From assembly GCA_964527765.1 (NCBI GenBank), contig CAZGQR010000004.1, forward strand, positions 64,083-128,082: a stretch of DNA of 64,000 bases. Direction: 5' to 3'. The notes under the pieces are model-generated. The model did not search any database. It was not told the DNA's origin and saw only the letters and a program-made list of their open reading frames with translations. The translations under genes were made by a program, and so were the position numbers. Shown here piece by piece: positions 37,926-47,283 of the stretch. This stretch comes from an uncultured Planctomycetia bacterium (lineage in GTDB: Bacteria; Omnitrophota; Gorgyraeia; Tantalellales; Tantalellaceae). Every line of letters begins with the position of its first letter. The first letter of the stretch is position 1.

Positions 37926-38923
37926 AAATCGTTATATTCACAGAAGGCGGCAGAGAAACAGGTTTCGGTCATACTGTAAGATGCTCGGCTTTGTCCGCCG
38001 CACTCAGGGCCAGGGGCATGGATCCCAGGATCTTAATAAAAGGGGATAAAAGCGTAAGGTCTTTTTTTGACGGCGCGGAATACGAAATCGTTAACTGGCT
38101 GTGCCTGGATAGGAAGGTTTTGGAAGACATAACGGCGGATGCGGATATGATAATAATTGATTCATATTTGGCCAAGCCGGGCTTTTACGAATATATATCG
38201 GAAAAAGTAAAATTACCGGTATATATAGACGATGATAATAGGATCGCGTACCCGAGAGGCATTGTTATAAACGGAAGTCTAAGCGCGAAAAAGTTGGGCT
38301 ATGTGAACAAAGCAGGGCTTAAGCATGTCCTTGGAGCAGAATATATCATGCTGAACCGCACCTTTCATGATGTCCCCGAAAAGGTGATTTCCAGGGATAT
38401 GAGAAGCGTTATGGTGACTTTTGGGGGCAGCGATCCCTGCAGGATGACATCCAAAACACTCAGATTTCTGGTTGAGAACTATCCTCATTTAACGAAAAAG
38501 GTGATCATAGGCAGAGCTTTTGATGATGTTTCAAAAATAGAAAAGGAAAAAGACAGCAGCACCCAGGTCATTTTATTCCCGAACGTTGGGAAGATGTTAG
38601 ATATCATGATGGAAGCGGATACGGCGATATCCGCCGGCGGGCAGACTCTTTATGAGCTTGCCAGGATCGGGGTCCCCACGATAGCGGTGACAATAGCGGA
38701 TAATCAGCTGTCTGAAGTGGAGACCCTGGAAAAGGACAAGATCCTGAAATACGCGGGGCCATGTGATTTTCCCGGGATATGGGAAAAAGTTTCGAATTGC
38801 ATGGATGAATTTAAAGAGGTCTCCGAACGCCGCAACTATTCCAAAAGAAGCCGAGAGCTGATAGACGGACATGGCGCATACAGGATAGCGGATCTTTTGC
38901 TGAGGGAGGCAACATGTTGCTGA
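37922..38923 (+). CDS. pseG: UDP-2,4-diacylamido-2,4,6-trideoxy-beta-L-altropyranose hydrolase
   Basis: GFGH..RC, IIDSY, TFGGSDP, SAGG.TLYE, ADNQ, DGHGA.RI. Confidence 0.85.
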   Translation: MKIVIFTEGGRETGFGHTVRCSALSAALRARGMDPRILIKGDKSVRSFFDGAEYEIVNWLCLDRKVLEDITADADMIIIDSYLAKPGFYEYISEKVKLPVYIDDDNRIAYPRGIVINGSLSAKKLGYVNKAGLKHVLGAEYIMLNRTFHDVPEKVISRDMRSVMVTFGGSDPCRMTSKTLRFLVENYPHLTKKVIIGRAFDDVSKIEKEKDSSTQVILFPNVGKMLDIMMEADTAISAGGQTLYELARIGVPTIAVTIADNQLSEVETLEKDKILKYAGPCDFPGIWEKVSNCMDEFKEVSERRNYSKRSRELIDGHGAYRIADLLLREATCC

Positions 38924-39603
38924 AGGATTTGGAAGGACTGAAGTTCCCCGATGATTATGTCATAAAATTCTTTTTTAAGGAGAAATTGGACGTTTCAACA
39001 GGGAGAGTATTGGAATTCGGATGCAGTAACGGAAATAACCTGATGTTGTTTTTTCAATTTGGGTGGGAAGTAATCGGGGTGGACAAAGATAAAAAGCTGC
39101 TGGAGATGGGGAGCAGGAATTTCGCCAAATGCCGCAAAGAACATAATCTATCCAATCAATTCGATTTGATTTGCCAAGACATGATCGATTTCGTAAAAAG
39201 TCATGGTGGTTTGGTCCTCGACGTGCTTTTATTGCCCAATATTATCTGCTATCTGAGTTATTCTCAGATTTTGGAGTTTTTCCGCGAAATAAAAAAGGCG
39301 GGAATGCTAAAGAAGGGTTCATTAATATTTATACGCACAAGAGACCTGAAAGACTACAGGTTCGGGAAGGGCGAAAGGATCGACAGCAATACATACAGGC
39401 TCAAGATAGGGGAAACGGGAGAGAACGGGTGCATAAATACGTTTCTTTCACCGGAGGAGCTGGCAGGTATAGTGGAGAAGAATTTTGAACTTGAATATAA
39501 ACATCTGTTCGAATGCTATTTCGATAACCGCCAAATGGATCGTTTAGTCGGCAATGCCGATATAATCTTTTGGGGGAAAGTGCAAAATACGACCAAAGCA
39601 TAG
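38914..39603 (+). CDS. Class I SAM-dependent methyltransferase
   Basis: VLEFGCSNGNN, GVD. Confidence 0.82.
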   Translation: MLLKDLEGLKFPDDYVIKFFFKEKLDVSTGRVLEFGCSNGNNLMLFFQFGWEVIGVDKDKKLLEMGSRNFAKCRKEHNLSNQFDLICQDMIDFVKSHGGLVLDVLLLPNIICYLSYSQILEFFREIKKAGMLKKGSLIFIRTRDLKDYRFGKGERIDSNTYRLKIGETGENGCINTFLSPEELAGIVEKNFELEYKHLFECYFDNRQMDRLVGNADIIFWGKVQNTTKA

Positions 39604-39606
39604 AAT

Positions 39607-40377
39607 ATGAAATGTGCCATAATGCAACCCACATATTTTCCATGGATCGGATATTTTGATCTATTGTCGCAGGTCGACAAGTTTGTCTTCCTGGATGATG
39701 TTCAGTTGGCCAGACGTAGCTGGCAGGTAAGGAACAGGATAAAAACCGCAAATGGAGAACTTTATCTTACAGTCCCCGTATTGAAGACGAAAAGCAGGGA
39801 TGAGCAGGTGATTTGCGGATCACATATGTGTCCGGAAAAGCAATGGAGGCAGAAACATATAAACTCTATCAGGTTTTCGTATAAAAAGTCCGGATTTTTT
39901 CATGAAATAATTTCCATGGTGGAGGAGCTTATAAATGCAGATACGTCCGACTTATCCACTTTTAATATTAATATCATCAAAAGGATCTCTCGGGGGATAG
40001 GCATCAATACAAATTTTCTCAAAGCATCCGAACTTAAAGGCGTTAGCGGCGCCAAGGACTATCGTCTGGCTTCGATCTGCAAGAAAATAGAATGCGATGA
40101 ATATGTCTCGCCGCCCGGGGCCGCAGATTATATCGAAAAGGAATCTCCGGGGGGCGTATTCCGGATCGAGGGCATAAAACTTTATTACCATAGGTATAGA
40201 CACCCTGTTTATCCTCAGCTTTACGGCGATTTTCTGGAATATATGAGCATTATCGATTTACTGCTTAATTGCGGTTTGGGTGAAAGTCTGCAGATTATAA
40301 AAAAGGGGTCCGTAGAGGCGATCAGCTCTCCGGAATTTCGGAAGAATCATTTTAATGATGAGGAGTCTGATTTATGA
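39607..40377 (+). CDS. WbqC-family protein (putative glycyl/aminoacyl transferase)
   Basis: MQPTYFPWIGYF, FVFLDDVQ...WQVRNRI, YPQ, SIIDLL.N.G. Confidence 0.88.
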   Translation: MKCAIMQPTYFPWIGYFDLLSQVDKFVFLDDVQLARRSWQVRNRIKTANGELYLTVPVLKTKSRDEQVICGSHMCPEKQWRQKHINSIRFSYKKSGFFHEIISMVEELINADTSDLSTFNINIIKRISRGIGINTNFLKASELKGVSGAKDYRLASICKKIECDEYVSPPGAADYIEKESPGGVFRIEGIKLYYHRYRHPVYPQLYGDFLEYMSIIDLLLNCGLGESLQIIKKGSVEAISSPEFRKNHFNDEESDL

Positions 40378-41426
40378 ACAGGGAAATTTGCATAGGCAAC
40401 CGGTCCATAGGGGGAAGGAACCCCCTTTTTGTTGTAGCGGAGATTTCGGCTAATCATGCCCAAAAATTCGATAGAGCGGTCGAATTGATAAATAAAGCCA
40501 AAGAATGCGGCGCTGATGCGGTGAAATTTCAAACTTACACGCCGGATACTTTAACTTTGGACATTGACAGCAAATACTTTCAGATAGAACATCCTGAATG
40601 GGGCGGAAGGACATTGTACAGCCTGTATCAAAAAGCGCATACCCCTTGGAAATGGTTTAAGAAGCTTAAAGAAACGGCTGACAACGTCGGAATTGTATTT
40701 TTTTCCACTGCTTTCGACAGAACTTCAGTCGATTTTCTGGAGGGAATAGGCGTCCCCGTGCATAAAATATCTTCTTTTGAGCTGGTTGACCTCCCCCTTA
40801 TTGAATACGCGGCAAAAACGGGAAAGCCGCTCATTTTATCGACGGGCATGGCGACTATCGCAGAAATAAGAGAAGCGGTAAATGCGGCGAGAAAGGCGGG
40901 AGCAAAGGAAGTCATCCTGCTTAAATGCGCGAGCAGTTATCCCGCTGTTCCGGAAGACATGAACCTGAAAACCATCCTTCATATGAAAGAATTCTTCAAA
41001 TCCCATGTCGGGCTTTCCGATCATACTTTAGGGATAGAGACATCAATAGCGGCCGTATCGCTTGGGGCCGTTATGGTCGAGAAACATTTTACTTTGTCCA
41101 GGAAATTTAAAACGCCTGACAGTTTTTTCTCGATAGAACCGGGAGAATTGAAGCAGTTAGTGAAGAGTGTAAGAATAGCAGAGCGCGCACTGGGAAAAAT
41201 CCAATACGGACCTGTGGAGAACGAAAAAAAGAGCATGGCTTTCAGGAAGTCTTTATTTGCTGCGGAAGATATCGAAAAGGGAGAAGTCTTCACCGATAGC
41301 AATATACGGGCCGTGAGACCGGCCAATGGTTTAAAGCCAAAATGTCTAAAGACTATTTTAGGGAAAAAGGCACGAAAAAAGATAAGAAAAGGGATTCCCT
41401 TGGATCGGACTCATGTCGGGAAGTAG
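40374..41426 (+). CDS. pseI: Pseudaminic acid synthase
   Basis: AEISANH, KFQTYTPDT, KISSFE, LKC.SSYPA, GLSDHT; SAF domain. Confidence 0.92.
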   Translation: MNREICIGNRSIGGRNPLFVVAEISANHAQKFDRAVELINKAKECGADAVKFQTYTPDTLTLDIDSKYFQIEHPEWGGRTLYSLYQKAHTPWKWFKKLKETADNVGIVFFSTAFDRTSVDFLEGIGVPVHKISSFELVDLPLIEYAAKTGKPLILSTGMATIAEIREAVNAARKAGAKEVILLKCASSYPAVPEDMNLKTILHMKEFFKSHVGLSDHTLGIETSIAAVSLGAVMVEKHFTLSRKFKTPDSFFSIEPGELKQLVKSVRIAERALGKIQYGPVENEKKSMAFRKSLFAAEDIEKGEVFTDSNIRAVRPANGLKPKCLKTILGKKARKKIRKGIPLDRTHVGK

Positions 41427-41453
41427 CCGAAAAACGTATTACGGGCAAAAAAT

Positions 41454-43895
41454 ATGCATTATAGAAACAATATGGATTTCAGATTTTCGTCAAAAGCGGA
41501 TGTTCTTGAGTGGCTGAGACCGCGGGTGAAACATTCCTGCGTGGAGAAGCTCTACGTATGCACCGTTGATCGATGGATGAAGGACGCGGACACGGTGTTC
41601 AGGGAAATACAGAAAGAGTTCCCGGAAGGCAGGATTGTTATGAGAAGTTCTTCGCTGCAGGAGGACGGGTTGACCGGTTCCAGAGCGGGATATTTCAAAA
41701 GCGTACTCGACCTTCCGGTCCTGTTTTCCAGGACAGAAGCCGCCGCTGCCGCGATAATCGATTCTTACAAGAGGGCGGAACGCGACGGAACAGGCGGAGG
41801 ACCTGGCACGGACAGGGAGCAGATCCTGGTGCAGTCGCAAACCGGAAATATCCGCGTGAGCGGGGTGGTCTTCACACGTCAGATAGAGACTAACGCGCCT
41901 TATTACGTGATCAATTATGATGATAGGAGCGGCAGGACGGATACGGTTACCGGCGGGATGGAAGGCAAAGTGATATATATTTCACATTTTGCCGATGCAT
42001 CATCCGACGCAAGATGGAGAGGGCTGATACGGGCGGTCAAGGAACTTGAATTCCTGTTCAAGGGGGCGGTCCTCGATATAGAGTTTGCTATTACGGGGGA
42101 AGGTAAGGTGGTCATTTTTCAGGTCAGGCCCCTCGCGGCGAACCGTGATATCGCGATGCCCGAGGACGGGTTTACCAGGCATCTTATAGAGGATATGGTG
42201 AAGAAATTCAGCCGCTTCTCGCAGCGCGTGCCTCATCTGGCCGGCGAGACCACCGTTTTAGGCGATATGCCCGACTGGAACCCCTCGGAGATCATAGGCA
42301 GCCGGCCGAATACTCTTGACTACACGATGTACAGCTTTATCGTGACGGATGAAGTCTGGCACGAAGCAAGAAGCTCTCTTGGGTACTATGACGTCTATCC
42401 CGCGGAACTCATGCTTTCTTTTGGCAAAAAACCCTATATCGACGCAAGGGCGAGCTTTAATTCTTTCACCCCCGCCGATATGCCACATGAGCTCAGGGAA
42501 AAACTGGTGAATTACTATCTGGATAAGCTGAGGAAAAATCCTGCCTATCAGGATAAGGTGGAATTTGAAATATTGTGGACCTGCTATGATTTTTTGACAG
42601 CAAAGAAACTGAATATATTGTCAAAGCACGGGTTCAGCAGCGCGGATATTGACACTTTTTCAAAGGCGCTGAAGGGCCTTACAAACAGCATACTGAAGGA
42701 TTCCCGCGGCATCACGGAACACGACCTGAAACAGGTGAAACTTTTGACCGAGCGGCGGGACAGGATCATGCGGTTTTACGGGAAGAGCGATAAAACGCCC
42801 TGGAATTCGCTCCATACGGCCTACGGCATCCTGCAAAACTGCAAAAGGTTCGGGACATTCCCTTTTTCCAGACAGGCGCGACTGGCTTTTATAGCAAAAA
42901 GTTTTCTCATTAGCCTCAGAAAAGAAGAGGTTGTTTCGGAGGAATTCTACCATGACTTTCTGAACTCGATACGCACCGTAGCTTCCGAATTCAATGATGA
43001 TTTTTATCGTCTGCAGAACGGGGAGCTAGACAAAGATTCTTTCATCGGGCAGTACGGACATCTAAGAGCCGGGACATATGACATCACCACCCCCAGATAT
43101 GATAGCTCTTCCAATCTCTTTGACGGACAGGCCGACGCAAAGGCGGTCCGGCGCCCGATGTACGGTTTTAACGCGCCAAAGAAGGTCCTGAAGAATATTG
43201 ATAAACTGATGGAACTTCACGGCATACACGGGAACGGCGCGTACCTGATGGATTTCATGAGATCGGCCGTCAGGAACAGGGAATGCGCCAAATTCGAATT
43301 TACCAGAAGCCTGAGCGACGCGTTGGAATTGATCGCCGAAGCCGGAAAAATGCTGGGCTTTGACCGTGAGCAATTATGTCACGCGGATCTTCCCACGATC
43401 ATGAAATTTCGCAATCCCGAACACGGCGATTCGGATTATGCCCGGAAGATCATAAAGCAGTCCATAGACAGACATAAGAAGGAAAGAGAATGGTATGACG
43501 CGGTCATTCTCCCTCCCGTGATAATTTCCGAGAGGGATTTTTATTATGTGGAACCTTATGAGGCGATACCGAATTTTATTACGCGCAAGTCCGTAAAGGG
43601 CCGGATCATTACTTTCGACGAGATAAAACACATGAAAGAACATGTTTTAGAGGGCCGTATCGTGCTTCTGGAAAATGCGGATCCCGGGTTTGACTGGATA
43701 TTTACAAAAAGACCTCTGGGGATAGTTACCAAGTACGGAGGGGTGGCTTCCCACATGTCCATAAGATGCGCCGAGTTTGGCATACCGGCCGCGATAGGAT
43801 GCGGCGACGTTATTTATGATGGCCTGAAAAAGGCGAAACTTGTCGAACTGGACTGCATGAGGAAGACCGTAAGGCCGTTAAACAGTCATGGATAA
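41454..43895 (+). CDS. L-glutamine kinase (Cj1418-like; PPDK/PEP-synthase superfamily, C-terminal phospho-His domain)
   Basis: ATP-grasp RSS..ED...S.AG.F.S, DIEFA, FQVRPL; central MPDWNPSEIIG, YGHLRAGTYDI; C-terminal ADPGFDWIF, GGVASHMSIRCAEFGIPAAIGCG. Confidence 0.85.
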   Translation: MHYRNNMDFRFSSKADVLEWLRPRVKHSCVEKLYVCTVDRWMKDADTVFREIQKEFPEGRIVMRSSSLQEDGLTGSRAGYFKSVLDLPVLFSRTEAAAAAIIDSYKRAERDGTGGGPGTDREQILVQSQTGNIRVSGVVFTRQIETNAPYYVINYDDRSGRTDTVTGGMEGKVIYISHFADASSDARWRGLIRAVKELEFLFKGAVLDIEFAITGEGKVVIFQVRPLAANRDIAMPEDGFTRHLIEDMVKKFSRFSQRVPHLAGETTVLGDMPDWNPSEIIGSRPNTLDYTMYSFIVTDEVWHEARSSLGYYDVYPAELMLSFGKKPYIDARASFNSFTPADMPHELREKLVNYYLDKLRKNPAYQDKVEFEILWTCYDFLTAKKLNILSKHGFSSADIDTFSKALKGLTNSILKDSRGITEHDLKQVKLLTERRDRIMRFYGKSDKTPWNSLHTAYGILQNCKRFGTFPFSRQARLAFIAKSFLISLRKEEVVSEEFYHDFLNSIRTVASEFNDDFYRLQNGELDKDSFIGQYGHLRAGTYDITTPRYDSSSNLFDGQADAKAVRRPMYGFNAPKKVLKNIDKLMELHGIHGNGAYLMDFMRSAVRNRECAKFEFTRSLSDALELIAEAGKMLGFDREQLCHADLPTIMKFRNPEHGDSDYARKIIKQSIDRHKKEREWYDAVILPPVIISERDFYYVEPYEAIPNFITRKSVKGRIITFDEIKHMKEHVLEGRIVLLENADPGFDWIFTKRPLGIVTKYGGVASHMSIRCAEFGIPAAIGCGDVIYDGLKKAKLVELDCMRKTVRPLNSHG

Positions 43896-44592
43896 TATGT
43901 ATTATGCGATCTCACTGAGCGTCGAGCCGGGCGATGTTCCCCGGGATTTTCTGTATACCGACTATCGCTTTTTTTTCGAGAAGTTCGGATGTAGACTCGT
44001 TTATCTACCCAATCACGCCGGTGCGATTGGATCCTATTTTGACGATTTACCGCTCAGCGGGGTGATATTGTCCGGCGGCAACGATCTGAGCGCCGAGTTC
44101 ACCGGCCAGGTGGATCTTGACATACGTAACCCGGCGCCGGGGCGGGATGCTGCGGAAAAAAAGATACTTGATCTCGCCGTTGCGAGAAAAATGCCCGTGT
44201 TGGGCATATGCCGCGGCATGCAGTTTATAAACTGTTATTTCGGAGGATCTATAACGCAAAAGATCGGAGAGCAAGGGGGTGCGAAACAGCCGCACGTGAA
44301 GCGGAAACATATGATCGCGATCTGTGATAATGAAACGTCTGAATTTTTAGGTGCAAAAGAGATGGAGGTCAATTCTTATCATCATCAAGGCATAAAAAAA
44401 GACCAGGTTGCCGCGGATTTAAAGATAATGGCGATATCTCCCGGGGACGGGATCGTAGAAGCGGTTTATCATCCTTCATTGCCGCTGGTGGGCGTGCAAT
44501 GGCATCCCGAGAGAGAAGGCTCCTCGCCAGAAGTAAATGACAGGTTGATTGAAGCGTTTGTGTGGAGAAAACATCACTGGAAGGATAAATGA
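43888..44592 (+). CDS. Class I glutamine amidotransferase / peptidase C26 (gamma-glutamyl-CDP-amidate hydrolase, Cj1417-like)
   Basis: LSGGND, GICRGMQ (Cys nucleophile), NSYHHQ, QWHPE. Confidence 0.82.
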   Translation: MDNMYYAISLSVEPGDVPRDFLYTDYRFFFEKFGCRLVYLPNHAGAIGSYFDDLPLSGVILSGGNDLSAEFTGQVDLDIRNPAPGRDAAEKKILDLAVARKMPVLGICRGMQFINCYFGGSITQKIGEQGGAKQPHVKRKHMIAICDNETSEFLGAKEMEVNSYHHQGIKKDQVAADLKIMAISPGDGIVEAVYHPSLPLVGVQWHPEREGSSPEVNDRLIEAFVWRKHHWKDK

Positions 44593-45371
44593 TGAAGGCC
44601 ATTATACTTGCCGCCGGTGAAGGAAAAAGGCTGAAACCGTTTGCGGAAAATATGCCGAAATGCCTTATAGAACTTGAAGGCAAGAGTATACTTGACCGAC
44701 AGATAGAGGTAATACGCCGTTGTGGGATAGATGACGTAATAGTCGTAAAAGGGTACATGGCGAACAGGATCAACCGCAAAGATGTCCATTATTATTTTAA
44801 CAAGGATTATGGCACGACAAATATGGTCATGACATTGTGGTGCGCCGAAAAGGAATTGAAGGGTGAGGTAGTCGTTTCTTATGGCGACATCGTATATAAC
44901 GAGGAAGTGCTCCGTAGTCTAATCGATTCCGCCCACGACATATCCGTTGTAGTGGATGTCGCCTGGGAGAAGTACTGGAAAATGCGGTTTGACGACCCCT
45001 TGAAAGATGCCGAAGCTTTTAAGATGGACAGAACAGGACGGATAGAAATTATCGGTCAGAGAGCTGAAAGGATTTCGGATATCGAAGCGGGTTACATAGG
45101 ATTGGTCAAGTTTCGGGGCGGGGGGATGAAAGCTTTTAGGGAATCGTTCTTGAACGCGCGAAACGTTTCCAGGAACGGGGGGAAGGCATGGGGCGCGCCC
45201 CGACCATTCGAAAAATCCTATATGACAGACATGCTCCAGGGGCTGGTCAATGAAGGTCATGACGTATACGGGGTCAAGGTGGAAGGCGGCTGGGTAGAAA
45301 TAGATTCACCCAGCGATTATGATCTGGCGAAAAAGTTGTTTGTGGACGGAAAAATCAAAGCACTGGTTTAA
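44589..45371 (+). CDS. LicC-like cytidylyltransferase (CTP:phosphoglutamine cytidylyltransferase, Cj1416-like)
   Basis: ILAAGEGKRL, PKCL, N.DY.TTNM, SYGDI, WVEIDSPSD. Confidence 0.82.
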   Translation: MMKAIILAAGEGKRLKPFAENMPKCLIELEGKSILDRQIEVIRRCGIDDVIVVKGYMANRINRKDVHYYFNKDYGTTNMVMTLWCAEKELKGEVVVSYGDIVYNEEVLRSLIDSAHDISVVVDVAWEKYWKMRFDDPLKDAEAFKMDRTGRIEIIGQRAERISDIEAGYIGLVKFRGGGMKAFRESFLNARNVSRNGGKAWGAPRPFEKSYMTDMLQGLVNEGHDVYGVKVEGGWVEIDSPSDYDLAKKLFVDGKIKALV

Positions 45372-45387
45372 AAAGGAAAGACAGATC

Positions 45388-46677
45388 ATGAAAACCATAT
45401 TTATTGGCGGGATTCAGAGAAGCGGCGGTTCTTTATTGGCGCGTTTATTCGATGGTCACCCGGATATTGCAAGTTATCCCGTGGAATGCAGTTTTCCCGT
45501 GAATAATAAGATCTATCCCGTTTTTGAAAATTATACCGGCATTCCCTTGACCATGCCGTTGTTTGATCCGACGGCTGATAAGGACATTTTTGAGATAACG
45601 AATACCCCTTCTGAAAAACCGAAAGTGATACTTAAATTCGGAAAGGAAAAGGAAGATCTGATAGGCGTGCGCAGGAACTATCTGGAAAAGGAATATTATG
45701 ACACGGTTAAAACCGACTTTGACTTTTTCAGATTCAAAGCGCTTTTTACTTCTTATGCGGAGGTGGCTAAAACAATAGAGGAACTTTACGACGCGAAACA
45801 CAGAGCTTACTTCGCCGCCTGGGATAACGGGATGCATTCCGGGAGCATGAAATTTGTTTCATGGCATTCCAGTTCCGGGATATACCTTACGAATATAGAC
45901 AGATATTTTAGCGAGTTCAAGGATTCATTTTTCATCCACCCGTTACGGGATATTATGGGGTATATTGCGTCTGAAAAAACAAGATTAACGAGGCAATATT
46001 ATGGTTCACGCCGTTTTCCGAAAATGAAAATGCCCAATATTTTTGTCAAGAAATTCAAGAACTATGATCTGGAAGCTCAGATCAGAGGATGGATGGCCAC
46101 GTTGACCCGGGTGGTTCTCCTGCAGGAACGATTCGGGGTGCGGGACAGGTTTTTTGTCGTCAGATACGAAAATATTGCAAATGATGCTGAATCTGTCATG
46201 AGATCTTTATGCGAAAAAATAGGCTTGGATTTTCATAATACTTTGCTTGAACCCACAATAGGCGGTTATCCCTGGGGCGGGAATTCGCACCAGGGCAAAC
46301 AGCGGGGCATTAATAAGGATTTAAGTTCATATTATCCGCAGGTCCTGACATCGCAGGAAATCAGGCTTATTGATAGATCCACGGCGCCCATTAGAGAATA
46401 TCTTGATCGATGCAAAGAGACCCCGGCAGATTTGGGGAAGATTCGTAAAAAGCATTTGTATGATTATGAATATCAGAAAAGATATTTCGACGACGAAGAA
46501 AAACTCTTTTTATATTACGCGCTTGTAAACAGCGGCAGGCGGAAGATAACGGTCAAGAACCCCGACTTTACGGCGATCATCGCTTTTTTGTATAAAAAGA
46601 TAATCCATCTTATTCATATACCACGCTTGCTTAAATTGAGGTTTTTTCACGGATGGGGGAAGCAGAACTATACATAG
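45388..46677 (+). CDS. Sulfotransferase-fold protein 1
   Basis: 5'-PSB-like GIQRSGGSLL..LFDGHP; 3'-PB-like HPLRD....AS; VRYENI..D.E..MR.LC..IGL; start moved to ATG 45388 after RBS AAGGA. Confidence 0.8.
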   Translation: MKTIFIGGIQRSGGSLLARLFDGHPDIASYPVECSFPVNNKIYPVFENYTGIPLTMPLFDPTADKDIFEITNTPSEKPKVILKFGKEKEDLIGVRRNYLEKEYYDTVKTDFDFFRFKALFTSYAEVAKTIEELYDAKHRAYFAAWDNGMHSGSMKFVSWHSSSGIYLTNIDRYFSEFKDSFFIHPLRDIMGYIASEKTRLTRQYYGSRRFPKMKMPNIFVKKFKNYDLEAQIRGWMATLTRVVLLQERFGVRDRFFVVRYENIANDAESVMRSLCEKIGLDFHNTLLEPTIGGYPWGGNSHQGKQRGINKDLSSYYPQVLTSQEIRLIDRSTAPIREYLDRCKETPADLGKIRKKHLYDYEYQKRYFDDEEKLFLYYALVNSGRRKITVKNPDFTAIIAFLYKKIIHLIHIPRLLKLRFFHGWGKQNYT

Positions 46678-46737
46678 AGAGATTGCTCCGCGACATGAAG
46701 ACATGTACGAGCAAAGCGCATTGAAAGAGAGGCTTGT

Positions 46738-47271
46738 ATGGGGCACATAATATTGCTAACGGGTATTTCCGGTTCGGGCAAGACCACGCTGGGGAATGCT
46801 TTGAAAGACGTTCTTACCCGGGAGGGCAGGCGGCCGGTTGAATTTATCGACGGCGACACAACACGTGAGTTTTTGGGTAATGATCTGGGTTATGCCCCGC
46901 GGGACCGGTTGTTGATAACGAAACAGATAGCATACGCGGCGTATTTATTGTCTAAGAACGGCATTGATGTCATTGTGGCCAATATCGCCGGCAGCTATGA
47001 GATCCGGGATTATTTGAGGGGGAAATGGGAACGGTATATACAGATTTTTCTGGATGCCGACATCGAAGACTGTATCAAAAATGACCGCAAGGGCGTTTAC
47101 GGGAAAGCCCTGGAATCGGAAAAACCCTGGCTTTACGGGATAGATATGCTCTATGAAAAGCCGCGTAGCCCCGACTTAACGGTATATCCTTACAAGGAAA
47201 GCGTGAAAGAAAGTCTTAGCAGGATAATAGATTGTTTGACGGGAAGGAAATTTTTCACAGTAAAAAATTAA
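46738..47271 (+). CDS. APS-kinase-fold nucleotide 3'-kinase (cytidine diphosphoramidate kinase, Cj1415-like)
   Basis: TGISGSGKTT, IDGD..R, D.KG.Y, GID..YEKP. Confidence 0.8.
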   Translation: MGHIILLTGISGSGKTTLGNALKDVLTREGRRPVEFIDGDTTREFLGNDLGYAPRDRLLITKQIAYAAYLLSKNGIDVIVANIAGSYEIRDYLRGKWERYIQIFLDADIEDCIKNDRKGVYGKALESEKPWLYGIDMLYEKPRSPDLTVYPYKESVKESLSRIIDCLTGRKFFTVKN

Positions 47272-47283
47272 CTTGGGGAGATC

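Noticed and set aside
41454-43895. PEP synthase or pyruvate phosphate dikinase
   Set aside because: The phospho-His domain is C-terminal, there is no PEP/pyruvate TIM-barrel signature, and the motifs and neighbours match the glutamine-kinase type.
41454-45371. Phosphonate or phosphocholine pathway
   Set aside because: No PEP mutase, phosphonopyruvate decarboxylase, choline kinase or LicD gene is present in the window.
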